Below are positions 24,172 to 53,766 of a stretch of 64,000 bases of DNA, in pieces. Both the position numbers and the translations under genes were made by a program. Each line of letters begins with the position of its first letter. Position 1 is the first letter of the stretch. The notes beneath the pieces are model-generated. The model saw only the letters and a program-made list of their open reading frames with translations, was not told the origin of the DNA and did not search any database. Source of the DNA: Antedon mediterranea (lineage: Eukaryota; Animalia; Echinodermata); contig NC_092670.1 of assembly GCF_964355755.1 (NCBI RefSeq), positions 610,201 to 674,200 on the forward strand, in the 5' to 3' direction.

Positions 24172-27100
24172 TCACTTGAGTTCCTTCACTTGTAAACCTG
24201 AAAGAAACACAATGCAGATAGAAACATTACAAAATAGTGATATAGAGGCACATTATTCAGTCATGCATCATTCTATCGCAATCAATCAAACTAGTGCAGG
24301 TATCCATAAAAATAATGTTCAAAGGCACTTGACAAAGTTAAACAGGAAATGCTTCTGTGTACAAGTGGGTTTTCAGTCGTATTTTGAAGGTGTTGACGTT
24401 AAAACAAACTCCGAAAAAAGTCAGCCACTATGATTCAATGTTTATTTGTCTTACAGAACAAGTCATTATAATAATAATAATATAGCGCCCTTTTCATGAA
24501 TAAACATGCTCAAAGGGGCTTTACATAAAAATACATAACTGAACAAGACAAACAATGCATCCAAAATTTAGAAAAATTACATAGCTGTAAAAAAATATGG
24601 ATGCAGTTTAAAAATAAATCTATTTACATGGTAGTTAAATTTCATTTATGAAGACCAACACATTTTGAATATTGAATCATAATGGCTTGCCTTACTTTTT
24701 CAGAGCTTTGGTTTATTTATTAGTATTTACTTATAAAGTAATTATACATACCAGGTGGTAGAGACTGCTTAAGCTTCTCAGCTTTTTCTGTTTCCTTGAC
24801 GACAAGAGTGTAAAGGTATCTACTACAGCGTACCTTAAACTTTACATTATCTCTGTTTTTCTTGATCTTCACAGCTAATATTTCAAATGAAAAAGCAATA
24901 ATACACCATTAAAATAAACTTATAGATTTCTATATCATTTATCAATTATTTATCTTTTGCATAGTACAATAGACGGCTAATGTGTTAAGACACAAAACAG
25001 TGCAAAGTACTGGTACATTTAGTGTCTTAATAGCCGCTGAACCGCAGGGGTCCCAAGTCTACCGCTTTTACTACCCATCTACCACGCTACCGCTATCTCG
25101 ACGCTTTCTACCGCATTTTGATCTTTTTTACCGCATTTTCAAATTTCCCCATATTTTTGGCCAAATTGATTTACGGTTACACCCAGGCTCAGCCCAGGTC
25201 AACAATAGTCAATAACCAGACAAAAGTGAGGCAGGATATTGAAACAATGTCTATTCATGCAGCTCTCCGTGGTCTATTATTGTATTTTTATTTGTATGCA
25301 CTGCCTTTGTTAAACCGTAACAATAATATAAACATGTACGGTGTACTACACGCTGGACGTAGAAAAAAAAGAAGCGTGCAACCAACCGTGAATCAATCAT
25401 GTGGTAACCGGAATACGCGATTATCAATTTTGGGAGGATCCAAGTTTTAACTAAATAAACGCTTTGATTACACAGTGGTTGAGGCACGTTTTTAATAGTT
25501 ATTACATTTTTAAACACCCTCATAATTAATGAACTCTACCAATGTTGATCCACTGCATCAAAGAACAACAGATCGCACATCGCACGAGGTTGTTGAGGCG
25601 GTGTTTTATTTGGTTTTATACTGTACGATCCGATAATACGAACATGTTAAATGATTTAAAAGGCATGGATTCGCCAAGCAAGTAGGCCTACGTTTAATAA
25701 AAATTTACCTAAGATTTTCGTAAGCTCTTTTGTTCGAACTTGTTATTTATATAGCAATAATCCACCCGTTCCGGCATGCACGCTAGGCCTCTAGCCTAGG
25801 CCTACTCTCCTCGATCGATGTCGCTAGTGGGGAATTTCCCAGCGATAAGAAATCGGCGAAATAGCTCATAAACGGCTTACATTTTAATGTTATATCTTTA
25901 ATGCCAGTGTAATTACGTATGGATAAAACAATATAAAACTCAATGTTTTTCATCTGAAATAATATGTTAACTCGCATAATGTAGCATAAGACGGATTCGG
26001 AATAGTTATTTCGATTGTTTTTGGGTTTTAAAATGGTAGCTAGCTAGAGCCTAGAAGTAGAAGCCCTAGGCTATATTTTTTTAATTCTTTGTACTGAGGA
26101 TGTGTCCATAAAAAAAATAAGAATGTAAAAATACTGATGGATAAACCTATGTAAAAATTTATGTGTAAATATTGTATATACTGTATATGTAACATATTTA
26201 GTTAATTAAGAGACGTAAACAACACGCGTGTTGATTTTCGATTCCCCGCGTGTTGACTTTCGACGAATTGAATGTGGTTCACGACAAAATCTCCTGCAAA
26301 TGGACTTTCCCAACTTGGGACCTCTGGAACCGGTCAAGATAGGGCCCATCCACTGCAGCCTAGATGGTAACCAGTGTCGCAAGAATGGTCAGTTCTCTTT
26401 CTCCATGGCTAGAATACTGTACAATCATTAAATATTCAATAATATTTAAGTCTATGTAAACCCCACGAAATAGGAAAAAAAAGTTTATATGCCAAGTATT
26501 TACTTACATTTTGCATCTTTTCTTCTTGCTGTAAGAAGGAAATCCTTAATTTCTTGTATTTCTTTCGGCTAAAACAAAAAAAAATTATAAATATTATAAG
26601 TAAAAATAAAATAATTTACTAAATATTGGCTTCCTAAATTAAGCATGGATTACACAATTATTAATATTAACATACTTTCAGACCTCCCTATCATAATGCA
26701 TTAAATACAGTGGAACCTTCATTTTACGTACGGTACGGGACCGAAAGGCGTACGTAAAACACAGGATTCGTAAAATCAAGGTTGACCTTAAATTGACCCC
26801 AAATACTCAGAGATTGTAGCTACTGTAAGGCTACCGTGTTTGCCTACTTTACTGTACAGCATGCAGGTGGTCACTAGCTAGGCCTGGCCTGGCAAGATGT
26901 GAGGCCTAACTAAAAAAGTACAGTATATACAGGCTGTGCGATGTTTAAATAAAGTGTAAATTAAAATATCAATGTTCTTTTATTTTCTATCAATAAAAAC
27001 AGTCGCTGCTGTAGGGGAATGCACGTGTGTAGCTTGTCTCGCACAGCAAAATTCCTCACACAGCCATTTTTATTATGCTTTGTTGTTGTTAAATTGCGGC

Positions 27101-27262
27101 CTCAATGTAAGAAAATGATGACGTCATCGGTTATTTTAGGCGTACGTAAAATCCAGGGAACGTAAAATCAGGGTACGTAAAACGAAGGTTCTACTGTACA
27201 GGACAAATATAGTGAACACATCAGACGTCAACAAAATGATCATTATTAATGGTTCTTACCAT
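24172..27262 (-). CDS. RPL38: 60S ribosomal protein L38 (eL38), 70 aa; coding exons 27260-27262 (ATG), 26508-26568, 24752-24874, 24172-24197
   Basis: Spliced translation [70 protein letters not shown]. All introns are GT-AG, exon sizes are 3/61/123/26, and a minus-strand AATAAA lies near 24135. Confidence 0.97.
26270..26470 (-). ncRNA. Candidate intronic box H/ACA snoRNA/scaRNA in an RPL38 intron
   Basis: Same strand as the host. Hairpin 1 (TTCGTGG/CCATGGA base; TTAAATATT/AATATTTAA top), H box AGAGAA, hairpin 2 (TTGCGACA/TGTCGTGA; CTGCAGTGGA/TCCATTTGCAG), then ACA-TTC. Folded by eye only. Confidence 0.5.
26708..27196. mobile_element. pogo/Tigger-like MITE in an RPL38 intron
   Basis: TA|CAGTGGAACCTTCATTTTACGTAC...GTACGTAAAACGAAGGTTCTACTG|TA, with internal CGTAAAA repeats. 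Confidence 0.88.
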
Positions 27263-28100
27263 GATGTTAAATATTTGACAGAAAGGCTGTCCTAAACCTC
27301 TCCAGATTCTAAATTGTTCTGTAAAACAAAATTAAATGAATTGTTACATTTACATATGTGGAATCAATTGTATTTAATTTGATCTATTTTGTCAGTTCAT
27401 ATTGGACATCTGGATCGGTCCAGGCCGAGTAACCCTACTAATAAAGAGAGGCCTAAACTATCCAACTTTATTTTGTATGTAGTGTAGGTAGTACTAGTAG
27501 GTAGGTGGTAAAAACTTAATAACCCTCTCTATCTAGGCCTAGCCTTATAGTTAAATAGGAAGGCCTATTACTACTAGCCTATATATAGTATATTCCTACA
27601 GTCTTTAGGCCCTAGACTCACTATTCTAGCCGGATCTCTTCTAGCCTAGCTAGGCTAGGTAGGCCTTCCCTTTAAAATAATTAATATTTGGTGCCACAGA
27701 AACAGTCGTCAGTGCACACAAATAAAAAACCAGTACACTTTCAAGGATTCACCTACTTTAATATAGTATACCTATACATTTTCTCAGTAATTACTACTGC
27801 TAAGCTTTAAGTTTCTAGCCATACAAACTGTATATATAGCAAGGTTAGTAATTAGGCACATTAGTAGAGTGTCTGTAAACTCTGTATTGTTTACTATACA
27901 TCTTTGCGGCAGGTTTAGTCTAGGCCTAGTTTTTAAATTGTATATATCTTTGACTTGGGGTTGCAAAACACCTACAAACATTTTCTAACGTTTGTATAAA
28001 CTACTAAATATTGACAAAATGTATAGCTTTGGTTAATTAATTGTATACCAACAAGGATTTAAATGGATTTTATTATCGATACATGGTGGAAATAACTCAC

Positions 28101-28126
28101 AGAAATCTGCTTCGAGTAAAAAAGAA
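28101..28126 (-). promoter_or_regulatory. Probable RPL38 non-coding first exon with a 5'TOP/TCT-like pyrimidine start
   Basis: Minus strand TTCTTTTTTACTCGAAGCAGATTTCT|GTGAGT. The next exon, 27260-27318, ends ATG|GTAAGA. Confidence 0.6.
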
Positions 28127-28580
28127 CAAAACCATAGAGGGCGCGTCATAGATAAGCATGAAGGACGCCACCAACAGTAGAGAATTTTCCAAAGGTGTTT
28201 CAGTGTTTCCATAGATAAGACTGTTAATATTTATATAAATATTTAATGATACAATAGCCTTTTTCACCAAATTTCGAGGGAAACGAAAAACAAATATAAA
28301 TTAATCTGCATACGAATTTGAGTAATTTTTTTCCTTTTATGATGAACCAAATAAACATATCAATACACTTCATCATTGGTAGACATAGCACGTTCTATAA
28401 TTGTTGTGCCATTTATTTTGTGGGCTGGGTGCGTCTCAAGTGGGCCAGTGTAATTTATTGCTGTTTTCAAGTCATCCTGTATCATTTTTATCCATATTTT
28501 CCAACTGGTTTTTTAACTTTCTTGTTATCTTTCCTCTTACGCTAGTTTTGCGGGTGTATTATTGGGTCTTATTAGATGAT

Positions 28581-28708
28581 GCTCTGTCTAAACTATCAAA
28601 CTAAATGTGCCCAAATATGGTAGTAATATTCCCAAATATGACATCATCATGTCCATATATCAAATCACATTTTTTTTGTCACATAAACTTTGATAGTGTA
28701 GAGAGAGC
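28581..28708. mobile_element. Short MITE (Harbinger-like), copy 1
   Basis: TIR GCTCTGTCTAAACTATCAAA / TTTGATAGTGTAGAGAGAGC. A related copy lies at 32291-32439. Confidence 0.7.
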
Positions 28709-31700
28709 TTCAGTCTACTTTTCATCTTTAAACTCCATTTTTACAAAACTAAATAAAAAATACAGTAAATTATATTTTTTCCTTTCATTGCAAACTTTCA
28801 ACCGAAGTCAGAAGAAAAAAGTCAAACTTATTGACAGAGAAATGACGCAAAACAACAACGAAAGAAATAACGAAAACAAAGTCATGTCTAGCTTCCAGCT
28901 TTGTTCAAGTAAATTAAAGAGTACAATATTATGCATACATAAATCAAATAAAAGTCTAAACAAAATAATGAAAATATATACCGTACTAAAAAAAATCATA
29001 ATCTATATGGTATAACAATAATGGGTGGTGGGTTGTCTGCCAACACTGTAATATTTGGCACATTTCAAAATACAGCCACAACTGTAAATTCCTTATAAAA
29101 ATTACTGTATAGCAATACTATGAAATATAATATGATAACAACATTGAAGTATCACCCATATCATGTATAGTAAGCTAATTACCAAAGCTTAATTTGCATT
29201 CTCAATTATCTAATTACAAAATAAAACAATTTATGGAAAAGCAAATTGTCTATGTGCTAATAAATACTAGTTTCATAATACATAAGTTTTGTTTTTACTA
29301 GGTAACCTTTGACCTTTGACATCACCTAGCAAAACCCACACTCCATATGCAACTGTACAGAAATAAGCCAGATGTATGTTGATTTGTACGGCAACCTTTT
29401 TGTGTGTATATAAATGAATTTTTGCCTTTTTCATTCATGATGTGGAGTGGAGTCACTGACAAAAATGGAGTATACTTGAAGGATGTGTTCTTTGGTTACA
29501 TGCGAGTGATGGAAGTGCCAACTGTTTTAAAAATGACTTATTAATATGAAGACTATTTTAATATGACTTATGACTTATTAATATGAAGACTATTTTACTT
29601 TTTCTTTATAAACAAGCACAATAGGAAGCTCCTACAGTAAAACAATTTGTGATTTGAATCATGCACAAAAAAAAAGTAAAAAATAAATTAGTGATTAAAA
29701 TTCTTTACACACATTCTTAACAAAAAATATATATCTGATTATAATGCAATTAAATAGTTGCTACCTCTATGGTAGGCAAATCAAACTACGTATGTTAAGA
29801 AGAACACTACAGGAATTGAAAATATATATATAATTATGAAGAAATAACGTCTATTTACAAGATTCTGATAAACCATCGCAAAACATTTTTGTTAAAAGTA
29901 CAGTATTTCAAAACCTGTCCAACATTTTCCTTTATGATTTAATTGTACTACAGCAAACCAATTTATAAGCATGATGAGGACATAAGGAGTCATGATTGTA
30001 ATATAGCACTATCTAGAAAATAACAATGACACACAAATAGAAGTACACAACATTTATAAACAGGAAGTTGTTTTTTTTTCCGCTTAGCTATCAATTATCA
30101 GAAATTAAGTCAATCATTTTATTTCAGTAATTCTATTAAGATCAATTTTTCATGTTAAAACAATATCATAACATGGGATTATGTAAATATTTATAGTATT
30201 ACCCACAATGCATAAGTACAGTATCTACATGAATAACTGCAGTACCTTTATGGTAGGCTCTTATAACAAACCATGTCAACATTATTTTACTGCAGTTACT
30301 GCAGCAACTACATTTTATTTACTCATGTTTATGCAAATATTTAGCATTCTTTTTTGGCATCATAACATCATGTTTATAAACTTTAAATTCAATTGTTACT
30401 GCAGTAAACTGCAGTAGAATAATTTTGACATGATTCCCTACCATATTTTATCACCACACAAAAAAAAGTTTTGATATAGACATATTAATATCATTTGAGT
30501 ATACAAACATTATGTAAGTCATTAACAAAATTATATAATATAAACCATACTACAAAGGTCAGGGGTCAGCCAACCCTCCAAATGATCAGTTGATTTAATT
30601 TGGTCCCAAAACAAAACATGCCACCTAATCATGGTTACCCAAGTCAGTTGGACTGAAACTAATACAAATATTATAATTATTAAAATTGTTGATACAAATA
30701 TTTTATTAATATTGTTGCTTATGGTTGACAGGTTAACATTAGCTGAATACAAAAGACATTTTTTTTGGTGGGTTGATGGAACACTATGATAATAAAGAAT
30801 CAAAATTGAATAGCGAAGTTGAACTTTAAAATGTTTTACACTACTGATTTGTCATTATATGAGTACAAAAAATAAAATTATATAAAACCAATATTTCTAA
30901 AATACGATGAGAGTTTTAAAATATCATACTGCCAAATAGTACGATGACACTTCTTCCAGTGTTTCATAGAGAAAAACAAAATCATTAAAAATAACTTAGC
31001 TACAGTGAAACATTTTAAAATTTACACAGATTTAACACGACTAGCAGTGATACATTCATTCCTTATAGACATGCATAAGAATGTACACGTGCCCTATATC
31101 CGCACATTGAATCAACTATAGAGGGCACCTGTCAAAGTGAAAATGTAACCAGTTTTTAAGCTGTGGTTGATATGAGTAACATAGCTCATGACCTTTGACA
31201 CCAAAGGGTGGTTATAAACCAATGATGCAAGCGTTGAAATAGAATCACTCTACTGTACCCAATATATATATGATTATTACGTCACTGAATTTACAGTGTC
31301 ACAATTTGATGGTCTTGTCTTAATACAGAGTACACCCTTACATACAGCCATCATTTAAATTCTTGTCTGTTTATATACTATACTTTCACACAGTTTGAAC
31401 AATACATTTGTCATTACTGTCAAATTGCGCAAATGCATTTCTTCACACCACTTTTACATGTCTTCTCTTAATTACGAATAATTAAAACTGATTGCCTTTC
31501 CTCCCCCGATTATCCCAACATTCCATCACGGCCATCTTAGATACATTAACTACTGTACTTCGTATTTAACAAAAAACAACATATTTACAAATTGCAAAAG
31601 TTCAGAAATTATCATCGCTAGAGGAAGAAAGCTTGGGTCATCTATTAGATGTCATTGAACCATCAAACTATCACATGGTTGCTTGATTTAGTAATACACA

Positions 31701-32290
31701 CACACATTGAGTTGCTTGTAATAAACATTCATAATTAGAAATAAAAACTGAAGTACAAAGAAGGCATAGTGGAAAAACAACCCTCAATAACTGCAGATTT
31801 AATTAATGTTTTTTTGTGGTCATTCTAAGAATTTTATAATAAAGCTGGATGACCATTCATGATTTTATTTCAAACTAGCTACCATCATAATCATCATCAC
31901 CACCATCATCACAATCATTTTACTACAGTAGCTAACAGATCAGTTGAGACCTGTTGCTGTATGTTTAGTCAGGTAACCTTCAATTGACTAGTGTATTCTT
32001 TTACATACTGTAGGTACTTTTATACTTTAAACACAAACCATCAAATCTACACAGACCTGATCATGCGTGACGATTGTGGTGCTGCCCTCGCTGCTACAAA
32101 TCTTTATTTAAAGGATCATCATGATTGTTACTATTTGATTATACAATGATTGTTGGTCATGTGACCTTAATTAATATAAAAAATTGTTTCAACTTAAATA
32201 TTTGTTTATTAAAATAAAATGAACTTTGGTTTGAATTGGAGTATATCAAATGGCTGACTTTGTGTATGGAAAAAAGTTGTTGTAACATAC

Positions 32291-32439
32291 AGCTCTGTTA
32301 ACACTATCAAACTTCACGTTGACAACAAAATGTGATGCCCATATATGGACACGATGACATCATATAAAGTACAGTATTACCATATTTGGGCACATCACAT
32401 TTTGTTGACAACATAATGTTTGATAGTGTAGACAGAGCT
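32291..32439. mobile_element. Short MITE (Harbinger-like), copy 2
   Basis: AGCTCTGTTAACACTATCAAAC...GTTTGATAGTGTAGACAGAGCT. Internal sequence is inverted relative to 28581-28708. Confidence 0.7.
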
Positions 32440-33024
32440 TAAAAGTTCTTTGCACCTGCTAATTTGGATAAATTTACTCTAGAAAATTTCCCATCGCATT
32501 CTATAAAAGTTATTACGAAAAGTATGCGTTACAAACTCACAGCCGAACCAGCTTCAATTGGTTAATTAATTGGTTATTGTTTTCGACACAATATGTACAT
32601 TTACAGTGAAAACTCAAAGGGACTAACTAAAGAAACACCTTAATTAAGAAACCACTATTTGAGTGCAACATGTGATAGCAAATACCCATAATTGTTGCAA
32701 AAAAAGGAGACATTTCATCATGTCAAAGGTCATTTTATAAAGCGATTGTATTTTAATTTAATACTGTATACTCTCACATATAATGACAAAAGGTTTGCGA
32801 TGCCTACAGGAGTTAATAAAACCTATATCAACCGACAATTGGTCTTAGTTTTTCGTTGTTGACCAAATCTACCTCTTTACCCTAAATGTAAGAATATATG
32901 GTACAAATTTCTGGCCCCAAAAGATATCTAATATTGTTTAGTGCTCAACATTGACAATTGTATACTCCTTCTCATCCTCTTACAATGAAGAACCTTATAT
33001 AGAAATTGTATTTAAAATGTATAT

Positions 33025-40686
<7,662 letters not shown>

Positions 40687-41485
40687 TTTTATTGACTGAC
40701 GATCCTACTGCTTTCGCAAGTGTTCAGAACAATCGACAATTTATGAGTTAAAAATACCCAAATATCCCTGTGTTTTACGTAAATCAACGCACGAATTATT
40801 AGTTTTGGTAGATCTATAGCAGATGGTGGTTTTAATAGTACACGTCTGCTATAAAAATAAGAAATAATGTCCTTTTAAGACGAAAAAAACACGCTATTTC
40901 GTAGTCTTCCGTATTTCCTATTAGAATTACCGCAAGGGATTCTGGGTGTGATGATCTTCATGACACACATCAGTGGAACTTCCTGGTACACGACAGTATA
41001 GTTGAATTATTCTTTTGGGACAGTTTGTTTTTTAATCGCCACAAAAAAACACATTGTTTATTTTTAGTCACCAAATATTTATTTTCCATTTTACTATTAT
41101 AACAATGCAACGTCATTCATTATTGCTATATATAGTTATTCCAGGAGATATTTTATCTCACCAATCCCGGTCGTGGCAATAACGTATCGGGTTGACTTTC
41201 ATGGGAAGTTAAAATATATATTACGTAATTGAAACTATAAAATGACAACTAACATTGAAGTAGACAATTGTGAAGGCTTATTATTACACAATCAATTGAC
41301 CTATAAGTTCATGCAGTTCAAGTACAATAACCATGTTAAAGAAATTAATTTCGTGATTTTAATCAAGAGTATTTACGACTTATGTTAGGCCTACATTCTG
41401 TGTGAACTCGGACAATTTAATAGGAATTGATTTTAACATTTATAGGCAATAACTATAACTAATAACTGCACGTCCGCTCCTGTAA

Positions 41486-43642
<2,157 letters not shown>

Positions 43643-45328
43643 AATGCAACGACATTTAACTATAGCATCAACATTACAAAATAAAGCAAAAATCTGCAAG
43701 GTCCGGAAATCGACCAAACGTTGGCCTGTTAATCGACCTTTACGCCCGTTAAAACCACTAAAGTAGCCTACTGTTATATTCCAGTTGGTTGGCTAAATCC
43801 AGATAGTTTTTAAAATCTCAAAATTTCGAAGAAGAATAACAAAAAACAGCAATTAACAGGTGCATTGATAGCAAGGTTATCCACCCTCTGATTGGTTGAC
43901 TCGAGAACAATGGATTACGTAACATGCAGGCATCATTGGGGACAAAAGGATTAAGCCGCATGTATTGTTTAAACTATTTAGCCAAGGCGTCGTATAACTA
44001 TGGTAGTGTGACGTTTTCAAGAATTTACATGTGAATACGACTTTCTGCATTCACGACATGAAATGCAATTATATTTATAAGGTAGGGAGGCTCGACACAT
44101 CCTTCAAGCCGGCTGTAGAAAACAGTAAAACAAACAAACATAGCAGAACCTACCACGAGAATCTTCCTCCTATACTCGAATAGTATCCGAAACGAAGAAA
44201 TGAAATCGTTGGATGGCGCAGCAGTGATTGTTCAAAAATTTGTCTCGAGCGCAATCGAATAAATTCCGTTTCGACGGAAATTTATCGGATACCAATCATT
44301 CATTTTGGAAGGACAGCTGTTGACGCACGGCGTTAATAAAGCTTGGTTTTCTCACTTTGGTTGGACGCAATGCAAGGATGACGTAACGCGCCGCAAGTAA
44401 TTTGACCAATCACAATTCGACCCAAGTTGTGCCTACGTCATTGTGTTGGGAAGCTTGAAGACAAATCAGAGGCTCAACAAATAGTCCATGGGATTTAGAC
44501 TTTTAACTCACACAAATTGCAAGAAAAGGTTTTTTTGATGAAATGTGTTCTTTAGACCCTACTGAACACATTTATCAACGTTAGGACATTTTTCGACAAC
44601 GGGAAGTAACCTAATTTGCATAATTAAAAATGGCCGCCATAAAATACAGCAATACCTTTCCATGTTTATTAATCGAAAATAGGAATAAAAGCTGCGTACA
44701 CGCCGACGCATTATTTTATTTACATAAATGCAAATTTATTCAATAACATATTTTATGAAAGTAAAGAGCTATTAAAGAAAAACATTGAAGGTTGTGACAT
44801 TATACGTTTAACAAACGTTCAATATTCTGTTTATAGTTCATCACATTAATAATTATTATGTAGACCTTGTAGTTACAATTGAAATTTAGTAAGAACATGT
44901 GGAATTTTCAGCATGCTGACATACGCCACACATCGAATAACTGAAAATTAAGGCTAATATAAATATGAATATTCTGAACAATTTAGGAAAAAAATTAAAT
45001 CTTTATGACCAGAAGTTACCGAGATATGACCAAGGTCAAAGGTCAAAAGTGGCATTTCTGGCCATTTTGAACGAAAACTTTTCATTATAGTACATAGAAA
45101 TGTGCATATTCTGAACAATTTAAGACGACCAAGATCAGACCTCTATGATCAGTCTTTGTCAAGTACCGTTTATATTTAGGATTCTGATAAATCCAAGATG
45201 GCCACCAAAATGGCCCCCATGGGACAAAATTTCGTCTTGGGAACATAAAAAAATGTTAATTATATATATTCAGGATTACAAATAATTATGTACATTAAAA
45301 AAATAAGCCCTCCTTCCTACTCTACTAT

Positions 45329-45710
45329 ACCGCAAGGGATTCTGGGTGTGATGATCTTCATGACACACATCAGTAGAACTTCCTGGTACACGACAGTATA
45401 GTTGAATTATTCTTTTGGGACAGTTTTGTTTTTTAATCGCCACAAAAAAACACATTGTTTATTTTTAGTCACCAAATGTTTATTTGCCATTTTACTATTA
45501 TAATGCAACGTCATTCATTATTGCTATATATAGTTATACCAGGCATTTATTTAGTTTTATAACTCCATGTTCCATCTCACCAATCCAGTCGTGGAAACGT
45601 CTGTGACTTTTATGAGAAGTTAACTAACATTGAAGTAGACTCTATTGAATTATGAAGGCTTATTATTACGCAATCAACTGACCTATAAGTTCTTGCAGTT
45701 CAAGTACAAT
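45329..45710 (+). repeat. Segmental duplicate of ~40929-41330 (left edge of the GRB2-B/C tandem duplication)
   Basis: Near-identical sequence starting taccgcaagggattctgggtgtgatgatcttcatgacacacatcag. Confidence 0.9.
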
Positions 45711-45778
45711 ACTAACTAGATTTGAACTCGCCGGGTTATCCACGCAAAGGTAACATAATGCACCACATACATTATTAT

Positions 45779-47613
45779 GAACGCCAAACAATTCGTCACT
45801 CGTCACACGAACCGGCGAATCCGCAAAATGTCCATTTCGAGAAAATCGCGATTGTAAAAAAGGCACTTTTTGCACGGTCATTTCTCGCAAGAAAAAAAGC
45901 GAATGTCCATTATTTTTGTGGTAATTATGTAAAAATATATCAAATGAATAATTTTAACGTGTCCATAAAAAAATATACTCATTAATTAAAGAGTAATCAC
46001 TTAATTAATACATTCGTCACTTCGTGTGAAGATTATTTACCGCGTATCGCGTAACTAAGCGATATTCGACGCATATTCGTCACTTCGTGTGAACAAGAAT
46101 CTTACGCAATGACTATGAAATATGCGGTATTCGCCGCGATTGCGTGGTAATGAATAGGCAGTCCCACGTAAACATCTTAGATAGAGCCCTAACGATAATA
46201 ATATAAAGTAAACAAATTATTCTGTTAAAAATGCAAAAGAACAATCACAAATCAGTTGCAAAATGTAATTTATAGTAGCCTAACTGATGCACAAACGTCA
46301 TTTTAGCTATTGTAAATAATGGAAAAACGGAAACATGGTTCATAATTAAATTTAATTATTAATGTATACATTATTTGATCTCTACATAAGGCAAGGCAAT
46401 GTTAGATAGTTAGAATAAACGTTTTTAATTCAATATTCCCTTAGTAGGCCCTACGGGAACAGTTAAAAAATAATTTAGACAGTCCATTGTACAATACGAC
46501 TTTTTCAGCATATTAGGCCTACAATAATTTAGCCATTCATGGCCAATATAGTATTTATTGAATAACTTTAAATGTGTTATCTGCCTTTTCTAATATCCGT
46601 ATTAAAAGGCTAATTTAAATTATTTACTAATTTAATGTGATACCGTAGCAATGTGGTCTTATTGTAGGGCATATCACAGGATAATGTGCAGACTACCCTA
46701 TATAGTATACGATAGTATTTAGTATAGCCATGCCCCAAAGATATTTGGTGACTCACTGATTATAATAATTATATATACTGTAACAATCTAATTTAAAAAG
46801 CAAAAACAAAAAATATAAATACTCTAACATCAAAATGTATGAATTGTTTGATAAAAATGTGTACACAGAAATGAAAGTTATTATCTTTAGTAGCATTACC
46901 CATTAACAATAGAGGTGAAATTTGATGTTTCTTTTTAATAATCATGTTATTTATTCTCTAAAAAATTAAATATTTCAAAATATTTAAGACTATAACATTG
47001 ATGTAGGCCTAATCGTTACCGTACCGTTTCGTGTATGTGTTGTCAGTGCCATAATTTAATGTAATGTTTTGCTAGTGCTCGAGTGAACGTACGAAAGAAC
47101 AAACATCGAAACGTTGCATTACATTTCCTGAAATGTATTTATATAATTAGCTTACTAAATAATTTATCAATAACCACAAAAATCAGTTTTTACTGGGTAA
47201 AATACTGTTCAATATTCTTTAATCTATGCTCAATCTAACTTCGCGGGACTGAAAATTGGCCATCAAATAATGGAATGTTCCAGATATGCAATAAACCAAT
47301 CAGATCACATGCAATTAGTGACGAATTGCATATTCGCCGTTTATTGAGGCGCGTAAACAGTGTGCGTGATGCGCGTTTTACTCACACGAAGTGACGAATC
47401 GATATTCGACGCTTCGTGTGACGAATGATTATAATATCACAATATATTCGCCAAATTATAATTTAAATAATTAATTATTGAAATAAGATACGCAGTTGAT
47501 ATTTGCATCAATTGTTCTTTAGAATAAATACTTTCGAAATATACAAAAAAAAATTTCGCGCCAAAATGACGATTCGCCGGTTCGTGTGACGAGTGACGAA
47601 TTATTAGCCATCC
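45779..47613. mobile_element. Non-autonomous long-TIR element
   Basis: AATTCGTCACTCGTCACACGAACCGGCGAATC is mirrored at the right end, with internal TTCGTCAC/GTGACGAA repeats. It is absent from the paralogous B segment. The TSD is unclear. Confidence 0.75.
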
Positions 47614-47694
47614 TATGAAATGAATCAAATATGTTTACAGTGTTGAATTGTACATATTTTGTGTAATAAGCATAACAGTATATACGTTAGGCCT

Positions 47695-48358
47695 ATACAG
47701 TGTAGCAAAGATGAAATTAAGAGACCCAATTTTAGAAGATAATTATCTAAATAATAAAATTTTAAAGAGTTTTAGACACGAAAAGGCGAGATGCGCGCTA
47801 TTTTAAATGCGGTGAATTTTTACGAAAGAGATGAAAATCTGACGTTTTGGATTCAACTGGCCATATGATGACGTCATGACATCAGATTCATCAGATCAGA
47901 AACTTTTTATAGGAATTCATATCTACAATTCAACAGCTACCATAATAAGTTTTAATCATGCGGGTCACTTTTCATTCCGATGAGCTATAAACAGATTAAA
48001 ATATACTGTAAAGACGAAATTAAGTACCGGTAGGTCACGTTATTCTAATTTTTTAATATGATGACGTAATTAACGCATGTGAAAGAGAATTGATTGAGAA
48101 AGAACATATTAAAATCTAGGGCGAAATGGGATAAGCATAAGCGCAATGCTCTGTTAAATGGGATTAACTACTAGTACTAAAGCGAAACAAATTCTATTTT
48201 TTAAATTCAAGTGGTGACGTCAGAACATCCGGTAGGTACACATTACATCAATTGATCTACAACTCCTATCAACTTCCATAATACATTTAAAAAATTAGAA
48301 ATACATACGTGCAAGAAAGATCTAGACAATAACAAGTGCGGAGAACCAAAACCAATAA
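47695..48358 (-). mobile_element. Helentron/HINE-like repeat related to 17143-17620
   Basis: Ends atacagtgtagcaaagatgaaatta and gcggagaacc..ccaataa are reverse complements of the ends of 17143-17620. Confidence 0.4.
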
Positions 48359-48507
48359 TTTTTAAAGAAATTAATTTCGTGATTTTAATATTAAAACTAC
48401 TTTCTGTATGTAAAATTTAGGTGAACTTTTAGACAATTTGAATAGGAATTGATTTTAACATTTATAGGCAATAACTATAACTAATAACTGCCCGTCCGCT
48501 CCTGTAA

Positions 48508-53766
<5,259 letters not shown>

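Noticed and set aside
24982-25523. Overlapping ORFs in the RPL38 intron
   Set aside because: No motifs. The CpG-rich tract is probably an unclassified repeat whose termini I could not define.
28318-29015. Cluster of short ORFs upstream of RPL38
   Set aside because: Low-complexity AT-rich translations overlapping a MITE, with no recognisable domain.
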